Assembly (NCBI GenBank): GCA_002269645.1
Contig: NIVC01002514.1
Span: 1 to 64,000 of the forward strand
Direction of reading: 5' to 3'
Length of the DNA: 64,000 nt
Source: Macrostomum lignano
Lineage: Eukaryota
The translations under genes were made by a program, and so were the position numbers. Positions 1-10,918 of the stretch are shown piece by piece; the first letter of the stretch is position 1, and each line of letters opens with the position of its first letter. A model generated the notes under the pieces. The model had not been told where the DNA came from, searched no databases, and saw only the letters and a list, made by a program, of their open reading frames with translations.

Positions 1-950
1 CCCAGAATCCTTCATCATTCTCCCAGCCTCCTTCCCAATCATTCTCCCAGCCTCCTTCCAAATCATTCTCCCAGCCTCCTTCCCAATCATTCTCCCAGCG
101 TTCTTCCCCATCATTCTCCCAGCCTCGTTCCCCATCATTCTCCAGCTTCGTTCCTAATCATTCTCCCAGCCTCCTTCCCTATCATTCTTCCAGCCTCCTT
201 CCCCATCATTCTTCCAGCCTCCTTTCCCATCATTCTTCCAGCCCCCTTCCCGATCATTCTCCAGCCTCCTTCCCAATCATTCTCCCAGCTTTCTTTCCCA
301 TCATTCTCCCAGCCTCCTTCCAAACATTCTCCAGCCTCGTTCCTAATCATTCTCCCAGCCTCCTTTCCCATCATTCTCCCAGCCTCCTTCCCAATCATTC
401 TCCCAGCCTCCTTCTTAATCATTCTCTCAGCCTCCTTCCTCATCATTCTTCTAGCCTCCTTCCTTATCATTCTCCCAGCCTTCTTTCCTATCATTCTCTC
501 AGCCTCCTTCCCCATCATTCTCCCAGCCTCCTTCCCCATCATTCTCTCAGCCTCCTTCCCCATCATTCTCCCAGCCTCCTTCCCAATCATTCTCCCAGCC
601 TCCTTCCCAATCATTCTCCCAGCCTTCTTTCCCATCATTCTCTCAGCCTCCTTCCCCATCATTCTCCCAGCCTCCTTCCCCATCATTCTCTCCGACTCCT
701 CCACCGTCCTTTCTCCAGACTCCATCATCCTTTTCAAGACTCATCCATTATTCTTCTCCCAGACTCTCCATCATCATCCTCTCTGACTCATCCTTCATCC
801 TTTTCCCAGACTCCTCCATCACCCTTCTCCCAGACTCATTCATCATCCTTCTGCCAGACTCATCCGTCACCCTTCTGCCAGACTCATCCATCATCCTTTT
901 CCCAGACTCCTCCACCATCCTTCTTTCAGCCTCCATCATTATTTCCCAGA
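1..950. repeat. 24-bp minisatellite CCAGCCTCCTTCCCAATCATTCTC, degenerating after about 700; nuclear receptor intron
   Basis: Direct reading; explains ORFs 135-737 and 748-939. Confidence 0.9.
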
Positions 951-1230
951 CTCCTCTTTCATCATTCTCTTTCCAAACTCTACTTTCCTAACGTTTCCCT
1001 CCCACACTTCCCCATAATTCTCATTGACCTTTCCAGACTTTTTTCTGATCATCTCCCCAATCCCCAGTCTCTCTTCGTCATCCCTCTCATGATCTCTTTC
1101 TCACTATGGACTCCACCTTGTCTACCCTGCTTCCCTAGAATTTCTCTAAGCTAGCCGGGCAGTAACTATGCAGGTAAATGCTAGCTCTCTTGCTCATACC
1201 ACGCACGCGACGCGTGAAAAATTTCTGCAG

Positions 1231-4200
1231 ACTTCTCAGCTGCGCTGCCTGCATCAGAACAGCTGCAACATTAGCAAGGAATATCGACGATCGTGCACTT
1301 CCTGCCGGCTGAACAAGTGCTTCGCTGTTGGCATGAAGAAGGACCTCATACTGCGTAAGACTGCCTGTCCTGAGTGGATCCGATGTCCCAACGTACCGGG
1401 TCCCAGCTAGTTTCATTGCCAAAATCACAGAGTCTTAGCAATCCCAGTGTTTGCTTTGATTTTCTCTTAAATCCCTAGTTTTAAATTCCTAAAAAACCCA
1501 TTAAGGCTTTCGAATGCCGGTGACAGTGCCAACCCCTTCAAGAATCCAATTTGCAGTCTCAAATCCGCTGAAATTCCTAAATTAGCTTCAAAATCCCAAA
1601 TTGCAGTCCCAAATCCCCTGAAATCCCGAAATTTAGCTTCAAAATCCCAACTGCAGTTTCAAATCCCCTGAAATCCCGAAATTTATCTTCAAAATCCGAA
1701 CTGCAGTTTCAAATCCCCTGAACTCCCTAAAATTAGCTTCAAAATATCGAACTACACTCTCAAATGCCCTGAGATCCCTAAACCTAAATTAGCTTTAAAA
1801 TCCCAAAGTGCTGTCTCAAATCCCCTGAAATTTCTAAATTTAGCTTCAAAATCCCAAACTACACTCAAAGCCGCTGAGATCCTTAAATCCCGAAATTTAG
1901 CTTCAAAATCCCAAACTACACTCAAAAATCCGCTGAGATCCTTAAATTAGCTTCATAAATCCCAAACTGCAATCCCAAATCCCATAAACTCCCAAAACTA
2001 GCTGTAGAATCCCAGTTCAGTCTGCGACGCCCAAATCCCCAACTCAATCCATTCCATTCGCAGCGGACGAGAAGCTCCGCTCCCGGGCCAGGCCGACATT
2101 CAAGAAGCCGCGCTATCGCTGGTGCCGCGTCCCAGCCGACATCGACGACTCGCAGCTGATGTCGGCACTGACTTCCGTAGCTCCGGCCTGCGTGTCCCTC
2201 GAAGGCGTCAGGTTCGGCGGCATGGTCAAGCAGGAGCCGGCCTCCGGCTCCTTCGACGATCAGATGACGGCTTCGGCTAGCGGCGTCGGCGAGGGCGAAA
2301 TCGTCGACGCAGACGACAGCCGAATAGGCGAAGAAGACGGCAATGATGATGATGAAGCTACTAGGGATGCTGGGGTGGTCGCGGCTGTCGCCGCGGCGGC
2401 CTCTTCTTCCGGGCCAATAACCGTTAACGAAGTCGTGGACGATGCTGATAGCGAAACGACGCCCATACTGCCGGGAGAGTTCGGGCAGACCAGCGCTTTG
2501 CGGTCCTTCGATCCCAGGTTTGACCCATTGACCCGTGCAGGGGTGTGACAGTGAGTCAGGAGTTAGAGAGGTGGGTCAGTCAGTGAGTCAGTAGCTTATT
2601 GACCCATTGACCCGTGCAGGGGTGTGACAGTGAGTCAGGAGTTATAGAGGTGGGTCAGTCAGTAGCTTATTGACTCATTGACCCATTGAGGGGGTGTGAC
2701 AGTGAGTCAGGAGTTAGAGAGGTGGGTCAGTCAGTAGCTTATTGACTCATTGACCGTTAAAGCCGAGGGGGTGTGACAGTGAGTCAAGAGTTAGAGGTGG
2801 GTCAGTCAGTAGCTTATTGACTCATTGACCCATTGAGGGGGTGTGACAGGGAGTCAGGAGTTAGAGAGGTGGGTCAGTCAGTAGCTTATTGACTCATTGA
2901 CCCGTTAAAGCCGAGGGGGTGTGACAGTGAGTCAAGAGTTAGAGGTGGGTCAGTCAGTAGCTTATTGACTCATTGACCCATTGAGGGGGTGTGACAGTGA
3001 GTCAGGAGTTAGAGAGGTGGGTCAGTCAGTAGCTTATTGACTCATTGACCCGTTAAAGCCGAGGGGGTGTGACAGTGAGTCAAGAGTTAGAGGTGGGTCA
3101 GTCAGTAGCTTATTGACTCATTGACCCATTGAGGGAGTGTGACAGTGAGTCAAGATTTAGAGAGGTGGGTCAGTCAGTAGCTTATTGACTCATTGACCCA
3201 TTGAGGGGTTACAGTGAATCAAGAGCTTAGGAATAGTGGGTCAGCAGCTTAATTACTCAATTGGTCACGCGCCCTTACTGTTTCAGGTGGCAGACAGATG
3301 GCCGGCACTTCGAGACCACGCCAATCTATCACCAGCTCTGCCTGTGCGTCACGGACTACCAGCTGCCGTACGATCAGCAGTGCGCCTCGACTTTGTCCTC
3401 GAAGCTGTTTAATTTGGAGGACGGATTTTCGACGCTTGAGAAATCCGTTAGAAAGATGATTCGATTAATACCTGCTATGCCGATACTCTCGCAATTGGAT
3501 AAGAATCTGTTGGGCAAATTGGTCAAGGTAATCCAGTCAGACATTCGGTAATCCAGTCACACATTCGATAATCCATTCAGACATTCGGTAATCCAGTCAC
3601 ACATTCGATAATCCAGTCAGACATTCGATAATCCAGTCAGACATTCAGTAATCCAATCAGATATTCGGTAATCCAGTCAGACAGTCGATAATCCGTTCAG
3701 ACATTCAATAATCCATTTAGACATTCGATAATCCAGTCAGACATTCGGTAATCCAGTCAGACATTCGGTAATCCAGTCAGACATTCGGTAATCCAATCAG
3801 ATATTCGGTAATCCAGTCAGACATTCGGTAATCCAGTCAGACATTCGGTAATCCAGTCAGACATTCGGTAATCCAGTCAGACATTCGGTAATCCAATCAG
3901 ATATTCGGTAATCCAGTCAGACATTCGGTAATCCAGTCAGACATTTGGTAATCCAGTCAGAAATTCGATAATCCAGTCAGACATTCGGTAATCCAGTCAG
4001 ACATTCGGTAATCCAGTCACACATTCGATAATCCATTCAGATATTCGGTAATCCAGTCAGACATTCGGTAATCCAGTCAGACATTCGGTAATCCAGTCAG
4101 ACATTCGGTAGTCCAGTCAGACATTCGGTAATCCAGTCAGACATTCGATAATCCATTCAGATATTCGATAATCCATTCAGATATTCGGTAATCCAGTCAG

Positions 4201-6243
4201 ACATTCGGTAATCCATTCAGATATTCGGTAATCCAGTCAGACATTCGGTAATCCATTCAGATATTCGGTAATCCAGTCAGACATTCGGTAATCCAGTCAG
4301 ACATTCAGTAATCCAGTCAGACATTCGGTAATCCAGTCAGACATTCGATAATCCATTCAGATATTCGGTAATCCAATCAGACATTCGATAATCCAGTCAG
4401 ACATTCGATAATCTATTCAGAATTTTTTTAATCTAGTTCACTAGAACTGGAACTGGTTAAAAAGGTAGCCTAATACGAATATTTGATGGGCTTGTTTTCT
4501 ACCTGACATTCGAGATGTACACATCCCTAATCCCCTCACCCCATCAGCTGCGAGTATTCGGCGCAATCCAGATCATCAGCGTACTGTCCTACGATTACGA
4601 TCGAGACGCATGGGTCGTCCTATTCGAAGCTGCTGACGGCCTCGAAGAGGCGGTTCTGCACACACGGGAGGCTATCATTGGCACATTTATGAGCCTCACT
4701 AGCAAGCGCTGGCTCGACGACCGAGCCCTCTACAGCGTGTCGGACGTGGAGCGAATCTACCAGACTCTGACCGACTATTATCGCGACATGCTGCGCCTGT
4801 TTGGCGGCCACCGCAAAGTGGCAGCGGTTGTACTGTTGGCAATCTATCTGCTTGAGGAGGACAGGGCGCTGCTGTTGTCCTCTGCCGAGCAGGAGGAGGT
4901 CTGTCTGTCTGTTTTATGGGAAATCTAAGTTTGAACACATTGCTAGATAGTCGCTTCTTGGGACAGGTTTTGGAAAATCGTCTGTTGACTATAGAAAACA
5001 ATAAAAACCGCCATTTATCACGCCTAATAAGTGCTTCAACACAACTTTAAGTAATAGCTTGCTATAAAACATCCCTGATAATGATAAATCGCCTCTTTTA
5101 GACACACCTGGAAAAATCGCCTCTTTTAGACACACCTGAAAAAATCGCCTCTATTAGACACACCTGGAAAAATCGCCTCTTTTAGACACACCAGGAAAAA
5201 TCGCCTCTTTTAGACACACCTGGAAAAATCGCCTCTTTTAGAAACCCGCCAGGAAAAATCGCCTCTTTTAAACACACCTGGAAAAATCGCCTCTTAGAAA
5301 TACGCTTGGAGAATCGCCTCTTTTGAAAATACACCTGAAAGAATCGCTTTTTTAGAAAACCTGGAAAAATCGTCTCTTTTAGAAATCCGCCAGGAAAAAT
5401 CGCCTCTTTTAAAAACACATCTGGAAAATTGGCCTCTTTTAGAAATCCGCCTGGAAAAATCGCCTCTTAGAAATCCGCCTGGAAAAATCGCCTCTTTTAG
5501 AAATCCGCCTGGAAAAATCGCCTCTTTTAGAAACCCGCCAGAAAAAATCGCCTCTTTTAGAAACCCGCCAGGAAAAATCGTCTCTTTTAGACGCACCTAA
5601 AAAAATCGCCTCTTTTAGAAATCCGCCTGGAAAAATCGCCTCTTTTAGAAACCCGCCAGGAAAAATCGCCTCTTTTAGAAACCCGCCAGGAAAAATCGTC
5701 TCTTTTAGACACACCTGAAAAAATCGCCTCTTTTAGAAATCCGCCTGGAAAAATCGCCTCTTTTAGAAACCCGCCAGAAAAAATCGCCTCTTTTAGAAAC
5801 CCGCCAGGAAAAATCGTCTCTTTTAGACACACCTAAAAAAATCGCCTCTTTTAGAAATCCGCCTGGAAAAATCGCCTCTTTTAGAAACCCGCCAGGAAAA
5901 ATCGCCTCTTTTAGAAACCCGCCAGGAAAAATCGTCGATTTAGACACACCTGAAAAAATCGCCTCTTTTAGAAATCCGCCTGGAAAAATCGCCTCTTTTA
6001 GACACAGGCCCTCCTGTTTGCAACCCGCAGGTGCGCCAGGCTCAGAGTCAGTACCTCAGCCACCTGGACGGCATCGCCAAAATGTGCGAATCAGAATCTG
6101 GCGAACCCGCCAGCCGAATCGTTCAGCGCGCCCTGCTGGCGCTGCTTCGAGTCCGCTGGCTGGACGTGCGCTACAGCGACGGCTCCCGGATACTGCAGGT
6201 TGCCAGGGTGCCACCCCTGATGCAGGAGCTCGCGGCCACCTGA
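1231..6243 (+). CDS. Nuclear hormone receptor, HR96/DAF-12 (NR1J/NR1I)-like; 5' part (first zinc finger) lies upstream of the window
   Basis: Exons 1231-1354, 2064-2517, 3287-3527, 4548-4898, 6031-6243 join in frame through GT-AG junctions. Second C4 zinc finger CLHQNSCNISKEYRRSCTSCRLNKCFAVGMKKDLIL resembles the DAF-12/HR96 'GMKKEWIL' type. Followed by a hinge, a helical LBD-like region and a C-terminal AF-2-like PPLMQEL. Subfamily call is from memory of the family. Confidence 0.85.
1540..2040. repeat. Degenerate ~50-bp tandem repeat (AAATCCCCTGAAATCCCGAAATTTAGCTTCAAAATCCC...)
   Basis: Within nuclear receptor intron 1355-2063. Confidence 0.8.
2520..3230. repeat. ~72-bp minisatellite (TTGACCCATTGAGGGGGTGTGACAGTGAGTCAGGAGTTAGAGAGGTGGGTCAGTCAGTAGCTTATTGACTCA)
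   Basis: Starts at the donor of nuclear receptor intron 2518-3286. Confidence 0.9.
3528..4420. repeat. 20-bp minisatellite GTAATCCAGTCAGACATTCG (about 44 units)
   Basis: First unit begins exactly at the GT donor at 3528. Confidence 0.95.
5085..6003. repeat. ~29-bp minisatellite AAAAATCGCCTCTTTTAGAAACCCGCCAGG
   Basis: Within nuclear receptor intron 4899-6030. Confidence 0.95.
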
Positions 6244-7806
6244 ACATAAGCAGATCACGTGATCAGCTTAACTCTGTTATTTGTTGTCGTTTTGTCTTGT
6301 TGCTTACCTTTTGTTGCGTTGTTGTTTTTTCTATGCGATTCTTGGAAAGAGCAACAGATTTGTTTGATTGAGAAATAAATTTTTAGTGGAAAATTCATGC
6401 TTGGTTTTTTTATTTTGTCATTGCGTCATGGACGATGCATGTGGAGCAGCCGCACAGTCTCGACGCTCTAGATCTCTGCTTTTTCATGCTTGCAACTCAT
6501 TGTCATTTCTCTAGTGCAGCCGCTTCATTTATTAATTTATTGTTAATTAAAGTTCGTCCCATCCTCATCAAAGTACATTTGCTACGCTCGACCTAAAAGT
6601 ACATTCAATATTCTCAGCAAAAGTTCATTTACTCTTTATTGCCTAAAAGTACATTTGGTACTCTATCCTTAAACTAAATTTCCTTCCTACCACCTAATAT
6701 ATTCTCAGCCTAAAAGTACTTTTCGATCTTCTCAGCCTAAAAGGACATTTAAACCTCCCAGCCACACAAGTACACACTTTTAAGAATTGCACCTTCCTGT
6801 TTAAAAGTGCATCCATATCTCCCTTCTTCACCTGAATTCGACTCAACTCATTTAGAGATTATGTTAGTGCGTAGGTTTTTTGGTTTTTTGGAAACTCTTT
6901 TGAACGAACTCTGGTTTATTATTTTGTTGATATTGCACCAATTTTCTGTACCTATTATAATGTACTATTTTATTTTCTGCTACCTGTCTAGAGTACTGGC
7001 TAAATATAAGCGCACTTTATTATAGACTATAACCGTTGCGCGTTCGCTTGCCGTAATTTTATATTTGCGCCGTTACCAAAAATTCTTTGTACGAGTAGAA
7101 TTCCTTTAGATCTGTGTGGGTGCGTGTTCTGACCTTTTTTGTCATTTCAAGCGAAATTATCTTTACTTTTTAATATATAGTGCTGTGTCTTCGTGTTGTA
7201 AAAGATGTACGTTGCTAATTGTTGGGCAAAATTGGCATCTTCACCTACACCTGGCTGCTGCGTCATTCTCATTCCTATATGCATATAGCAAGTAGTCAGT
7301 CTATTTATTATAATTAGAGGCAAGTTCTCCTCTGCCTGCCACCGGCTTAGCTTGTCTCTAGCGTTTTAATTCGATGTAATTTGTTGTTTGATGGGCCATT
7401 TTAATGTGACTATTGTTAACAGCATGTATATCGATTGCTGCCCGCAAATATTTATTGTCATAATTGTAGCGCGTGAGAACCCTTGTTTAAGACTTCGTTT
7501 TAGCCATTATTTGTCTGCTTTTCTGTCTTACTCGTATGTCTGCTACTCGTAATAATTTTTTATTCCAGCGAGTAATAAAGCACTCGGTAAATATCACAAT
7601 TTCTAGAATAGCTAGTCTAGATATACCACTCGCTTATCCCTACTTAGCCAAATTCGCGTTTTTGCCTTTTTAAACCTTAAGACTGCAACAGTCGTCTCTG
7701 AATTCTACAAGCAGACCTATTAAATTAGCATCTTAAATTCTGTTTTAGTCGCTAGGACCTTATTTAAAATAGAATTCAATTTAAGACTGAAGCCAAAACC
7801 AATGCG

Positions 7807-8218
7807 TGTTGCACAGCAAGAGAGAAAAGGGGTGACGCCCCAGTTCCCTGTCTCGTCGATAAACAGTTTAGCTTTCATTTTAGTCTTTCCTTACTGTTAC
7901 TGCTCTCTCTCATTGGCTGAGCCAGATTGGGTCTGTCATCCTAGGTTGAGTTTCGTCCGTCTTCTCTCTCCTTACTGCTCTCTCATTGGCTAAGCCAGAT
8001 TGGGCCTGCCACCCTAGGCTGAGTTTCGTACATCTGACTTGAACCTCTCTCCTTACTGCTCTCATTAGCTGAGCTAGCTTGGGGCTGTTTCGTCCGTCTT
8101 GCACTCACTTGTGTACGGGTTAAGTGCTTGTTGTTCATTCTAACCCTATATGTCGGGACTCGGGAGGCAGCAAACCCGGAGAAAAACAGTAGACGATCTA
8201 GTTTTTTTCTTCACAACA
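7807..8218. mobile_element. Possible solo LTR
   Basis: 412 bp bounded by TGTTG...CAACA, with internal ~70-bp tandem duplication (about 7890-8100); no TSD found. Confidence 0.3.
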
Positions 8219-8776
8219 TTAATTGCGAGTGACACATCTGGCTATTCTAAACATTTGCGGTACAGACAGTTTCTATAAATTTTAATTATATTATACCATA
8301 TTGTTAAATTTGTATGTCTTTTATGTATATGAAAGAGCAAATATTAATTTCTAAATAAAATTGTTCGAATTTTGTTTTTTTCATCGTCCGCGTGCCATAA
8401 GCAGATTTATCTCAAATTGTGGTGTATAAATTGTGTTGTCCATAAACTTGGTCGTATTTTTTCTCGCAAAAAAAACTTAAAAACTCCAACAGACAAAACA
8501 AGATTTTTGAAATATGCTGGATTTTCTACTTATAGTAGCGTATAAAACTAGTTAGTTTAGATTTTTATATTAAATTATTAGTGTTGTTACATTCGCAACT
8601 GGCAATGACAGGGTTAAATAATTAATTTCCTTATAAACTTAATTTAATTGAGATGGTCTGCTCTGATACGCTTGTACATTTACAGTTCCAATATTGGGGC
8701 AGAAATGCGCGGTATCTGTTAATTTTTAGAAAAATATATTGCTAAGAGTCCTAAGACTCAATTCAGAAGTAAAATT

Positions 8777-9170
8777 CGGGATCAATTCAGGAGAGGAATT
8801 CGGGATCTATTCAGGAGAGGAATTCGGGATCTATTCAGGAGAGGAATTCGGGATCAATTCAGGAGAGGAATTCGGGATCTATTCAGGAGAGGAATTCTGG
8901 ATCTTTTCAGGAGAGGAATTCGGGATCTATTCAGGAGTGGAATTCGGGATCTATTCAGGAGAGGAATTCGGGATTTATTCAGGAGTGAAAGTCGGGATCA
9001 ATTCAGGAGAGGAATTCGGGATCAATTCAGGAGTGGAATTTGGAATTTATTCAGGAGTGAAAGTCGGGATCGATTCAGGAGTGGAATTCGGGATCTATTC
9101 AGAAGAGGAATTCGGGATCAATTCAGGAGAGGAATTTGGGATTTATTCAGGAGTGAAAGTCGGGATCTGG
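8777..9170. repeat. 24-bp minisatellite TTCGGGATCTATTCAGGAGAGGAA
   Basis: Starts about 35 nt after the GKAP1 stop codon. Confidence 0.95.
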
Positions 9171-9205
9171 GGTTCGTTCAAGGTGCATCACGAAGCCCGT
9201 GCACT

Positions 9206-10384
9206 TCAGCGAGCGGCACTGGACCTCAGCTTGTCCAGCTGATCCTGCAGTTGACGTGACTTGGTCTTCTCCTTCTCTAGCTCCGAGTCCAGCACTTTGG
9301 TGCTGTCTGTCAGTTCGGAAATCACGGATGTGAGCTGGTAGATCTGCTCGGACAGACCTTTGGCTTTTTTACCTTCGACTAAGCTGAGGAGAGAGTTCAG
9401 ATGAGCAACTTGGGCTTCAGAACTGGCCAGCGAACGCTTCAGACTGTCGGTCTCGGCTCGTAGAGACTCGTTCTCGGCCTCTTTCACGGCTAGGGCTTCC
9501 TGGATCCATTGTTAAAGGGAGTGTTGCATTTGTGAACTTGAGGAATGCAATTGCATCCCGGAATCCCGGTCCCGGAATTCGGGACCACATGATTCGGAAA
9601 TGGGACTACATGTAGATGATCTAGACTAAACTAAAATTAGGTCTTACCTGAAACTTGGCCTGCAACTCCAGTTCAACTTCCTGACGAATAAGCTCCTTCT
9701 CGGTGAGTTTCTCTCTGCGCACGGTGGCGTTCGCAGCCCGGCGGCTCTCCGCCTCAATTCTTGTCAGAGTACTGCCTGGAACGCCTGACAGGGAGCTGGC
9801 ATTGACAGACGAAGCTGTAGCTGTAGGCTTTTCTTGTTCGAGCCTGCTGGCCATTATTGCTTCGGCCAATTCGCGCTTATAACTGCTGTCTAACAGCTCC
9901 TGGATCGGTAGAGTTATTTTAGAACTATTTACCACGGCCAGGGTAAACGGCGGGAGTAACTATACACTTACATCAATTACAAATTGCCTCGTCATCTAAT
10001 TTAGTTTGTTTCTCAAGTTTTTTAATCTTTACCGTTTTGCATGTTATTCTATTTTGGAAAACACTTTTTTACTACTTTTACTAAGTAGCTTACTCGTTTA
10101 TTTCACAATTCAAATATAACATTCAAATCAAATAATCAAACCTGATCTTTTTTCTGCCACTCCTCCTGCTGTGCTGCCAGTGCTTCCATGTTTGGTAATT
10201 TTCTCTTTGATTGCTGCTGTGCAGGCTTGCTGCTTCTAGCAGCAGGCACTGGTTGCTGTTGCTTCTGTTGCTTGTTCTTTTTTGACTTACGACCATTACC
10301 AGTGGTTTTCCTGCTTTCATTATTAGTATCACTATCTTCACTGCTGCTCAGACCTTCAACTTTTAGCACAGCAAATTTGGACAT
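9206..10384 (-). CDS. GKAP1: G kinase-anchoring protein 1 (GKAP42) homolog, about 262 aa
   Basis: Exons 10384-10142, 9899-9648, 9499-9206, all phase 0 GT-AG. Motifs SKFAVLKVE, EEWQKKDQELLDSSYKRELAEAIMASRLEQE and C-terminal coiled coil ELEKEKTKSRQLQDQLDK parallel recalled GKAP1 SRFALLQVD, WQEWRQRDEQL..FEADLEKALLLSKLE and LEQERSKVKVLQ. Confidence 0.75.
9941..10004 (+). other. 28S rRNA-derived fragment (H69-H71 region) in GKAP1 intron 1, antisense to the host transcript
   Basis: GGGTAAACGGCGGGAGTAACTAT (23 nt) and TGCCTCGTCATCTAATT (17 nt) are identical to conserved eukaryotic 28S and separated by the native 21-nt spacing. Confidence 0.8.
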
Positions 10385-10728
10385 CTGAAATCAGAAAGAA
10401 CAGCAATATAAGCCTAAGAGTCATTCAATGTCATAACAAAAAATCTACACATAAAACTATGTCAAAGATAGCCTATTTATTCTTTCTTTGCATATGAAAT
10501 TATAATATCCAAGGCAATTTATTAAAATATATTCCTTAGTAAGTATAGGCCTCTCTATAGTAGTTCATGCCTAATTATTAATTTTAAATTCCCAAAAATA
10601 GCATAGATAAGCCTAAATATATGTTAGGCTTATTTATTATCTTTGATTAAAACTTTAAATAATCAATTTATCATTTTTTCTTTATTTTTGAGTAGCCTAA
10701 GCACTATTTATCAATAGGCCTTAACTGC

Positions 10729-10918
10729 CAGGCGTGGATCCGGGAATTTCTTGAGGGGGGGGGGCAACTTTTTTCATACTGCCCCAAGTAGGAACCTACC
10801 CCAAGGCCCAAGCCCTTTCTTTACTTAGAAGGGGGCTAAAGGCAAAAGTAGAATTTTTTTGAGGCAGCTGAGAGGGGGGGCCATGGCCCCCTTGGCCTCC
10901 CCCCAGGATCTGCCACTG
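10729..10918. mobile_element. hAT-type MITE (about 190 bp)
   Basis: Ends CAGGCGTGGATCC...GGATCTGCCACTG (imperfect TIR), G/C-run subtermini, 8-bp TSD TTAACTGC/ATAACTGC with one mismatch. Confidence 0.7.

Noticed and set aside
1155-1170. CGGGCAGTAACTATG, similar to the 28S word CGGGAGTAACTATG
   Set aside because: Too short, needs a gap, and has no second flank; may be chance.
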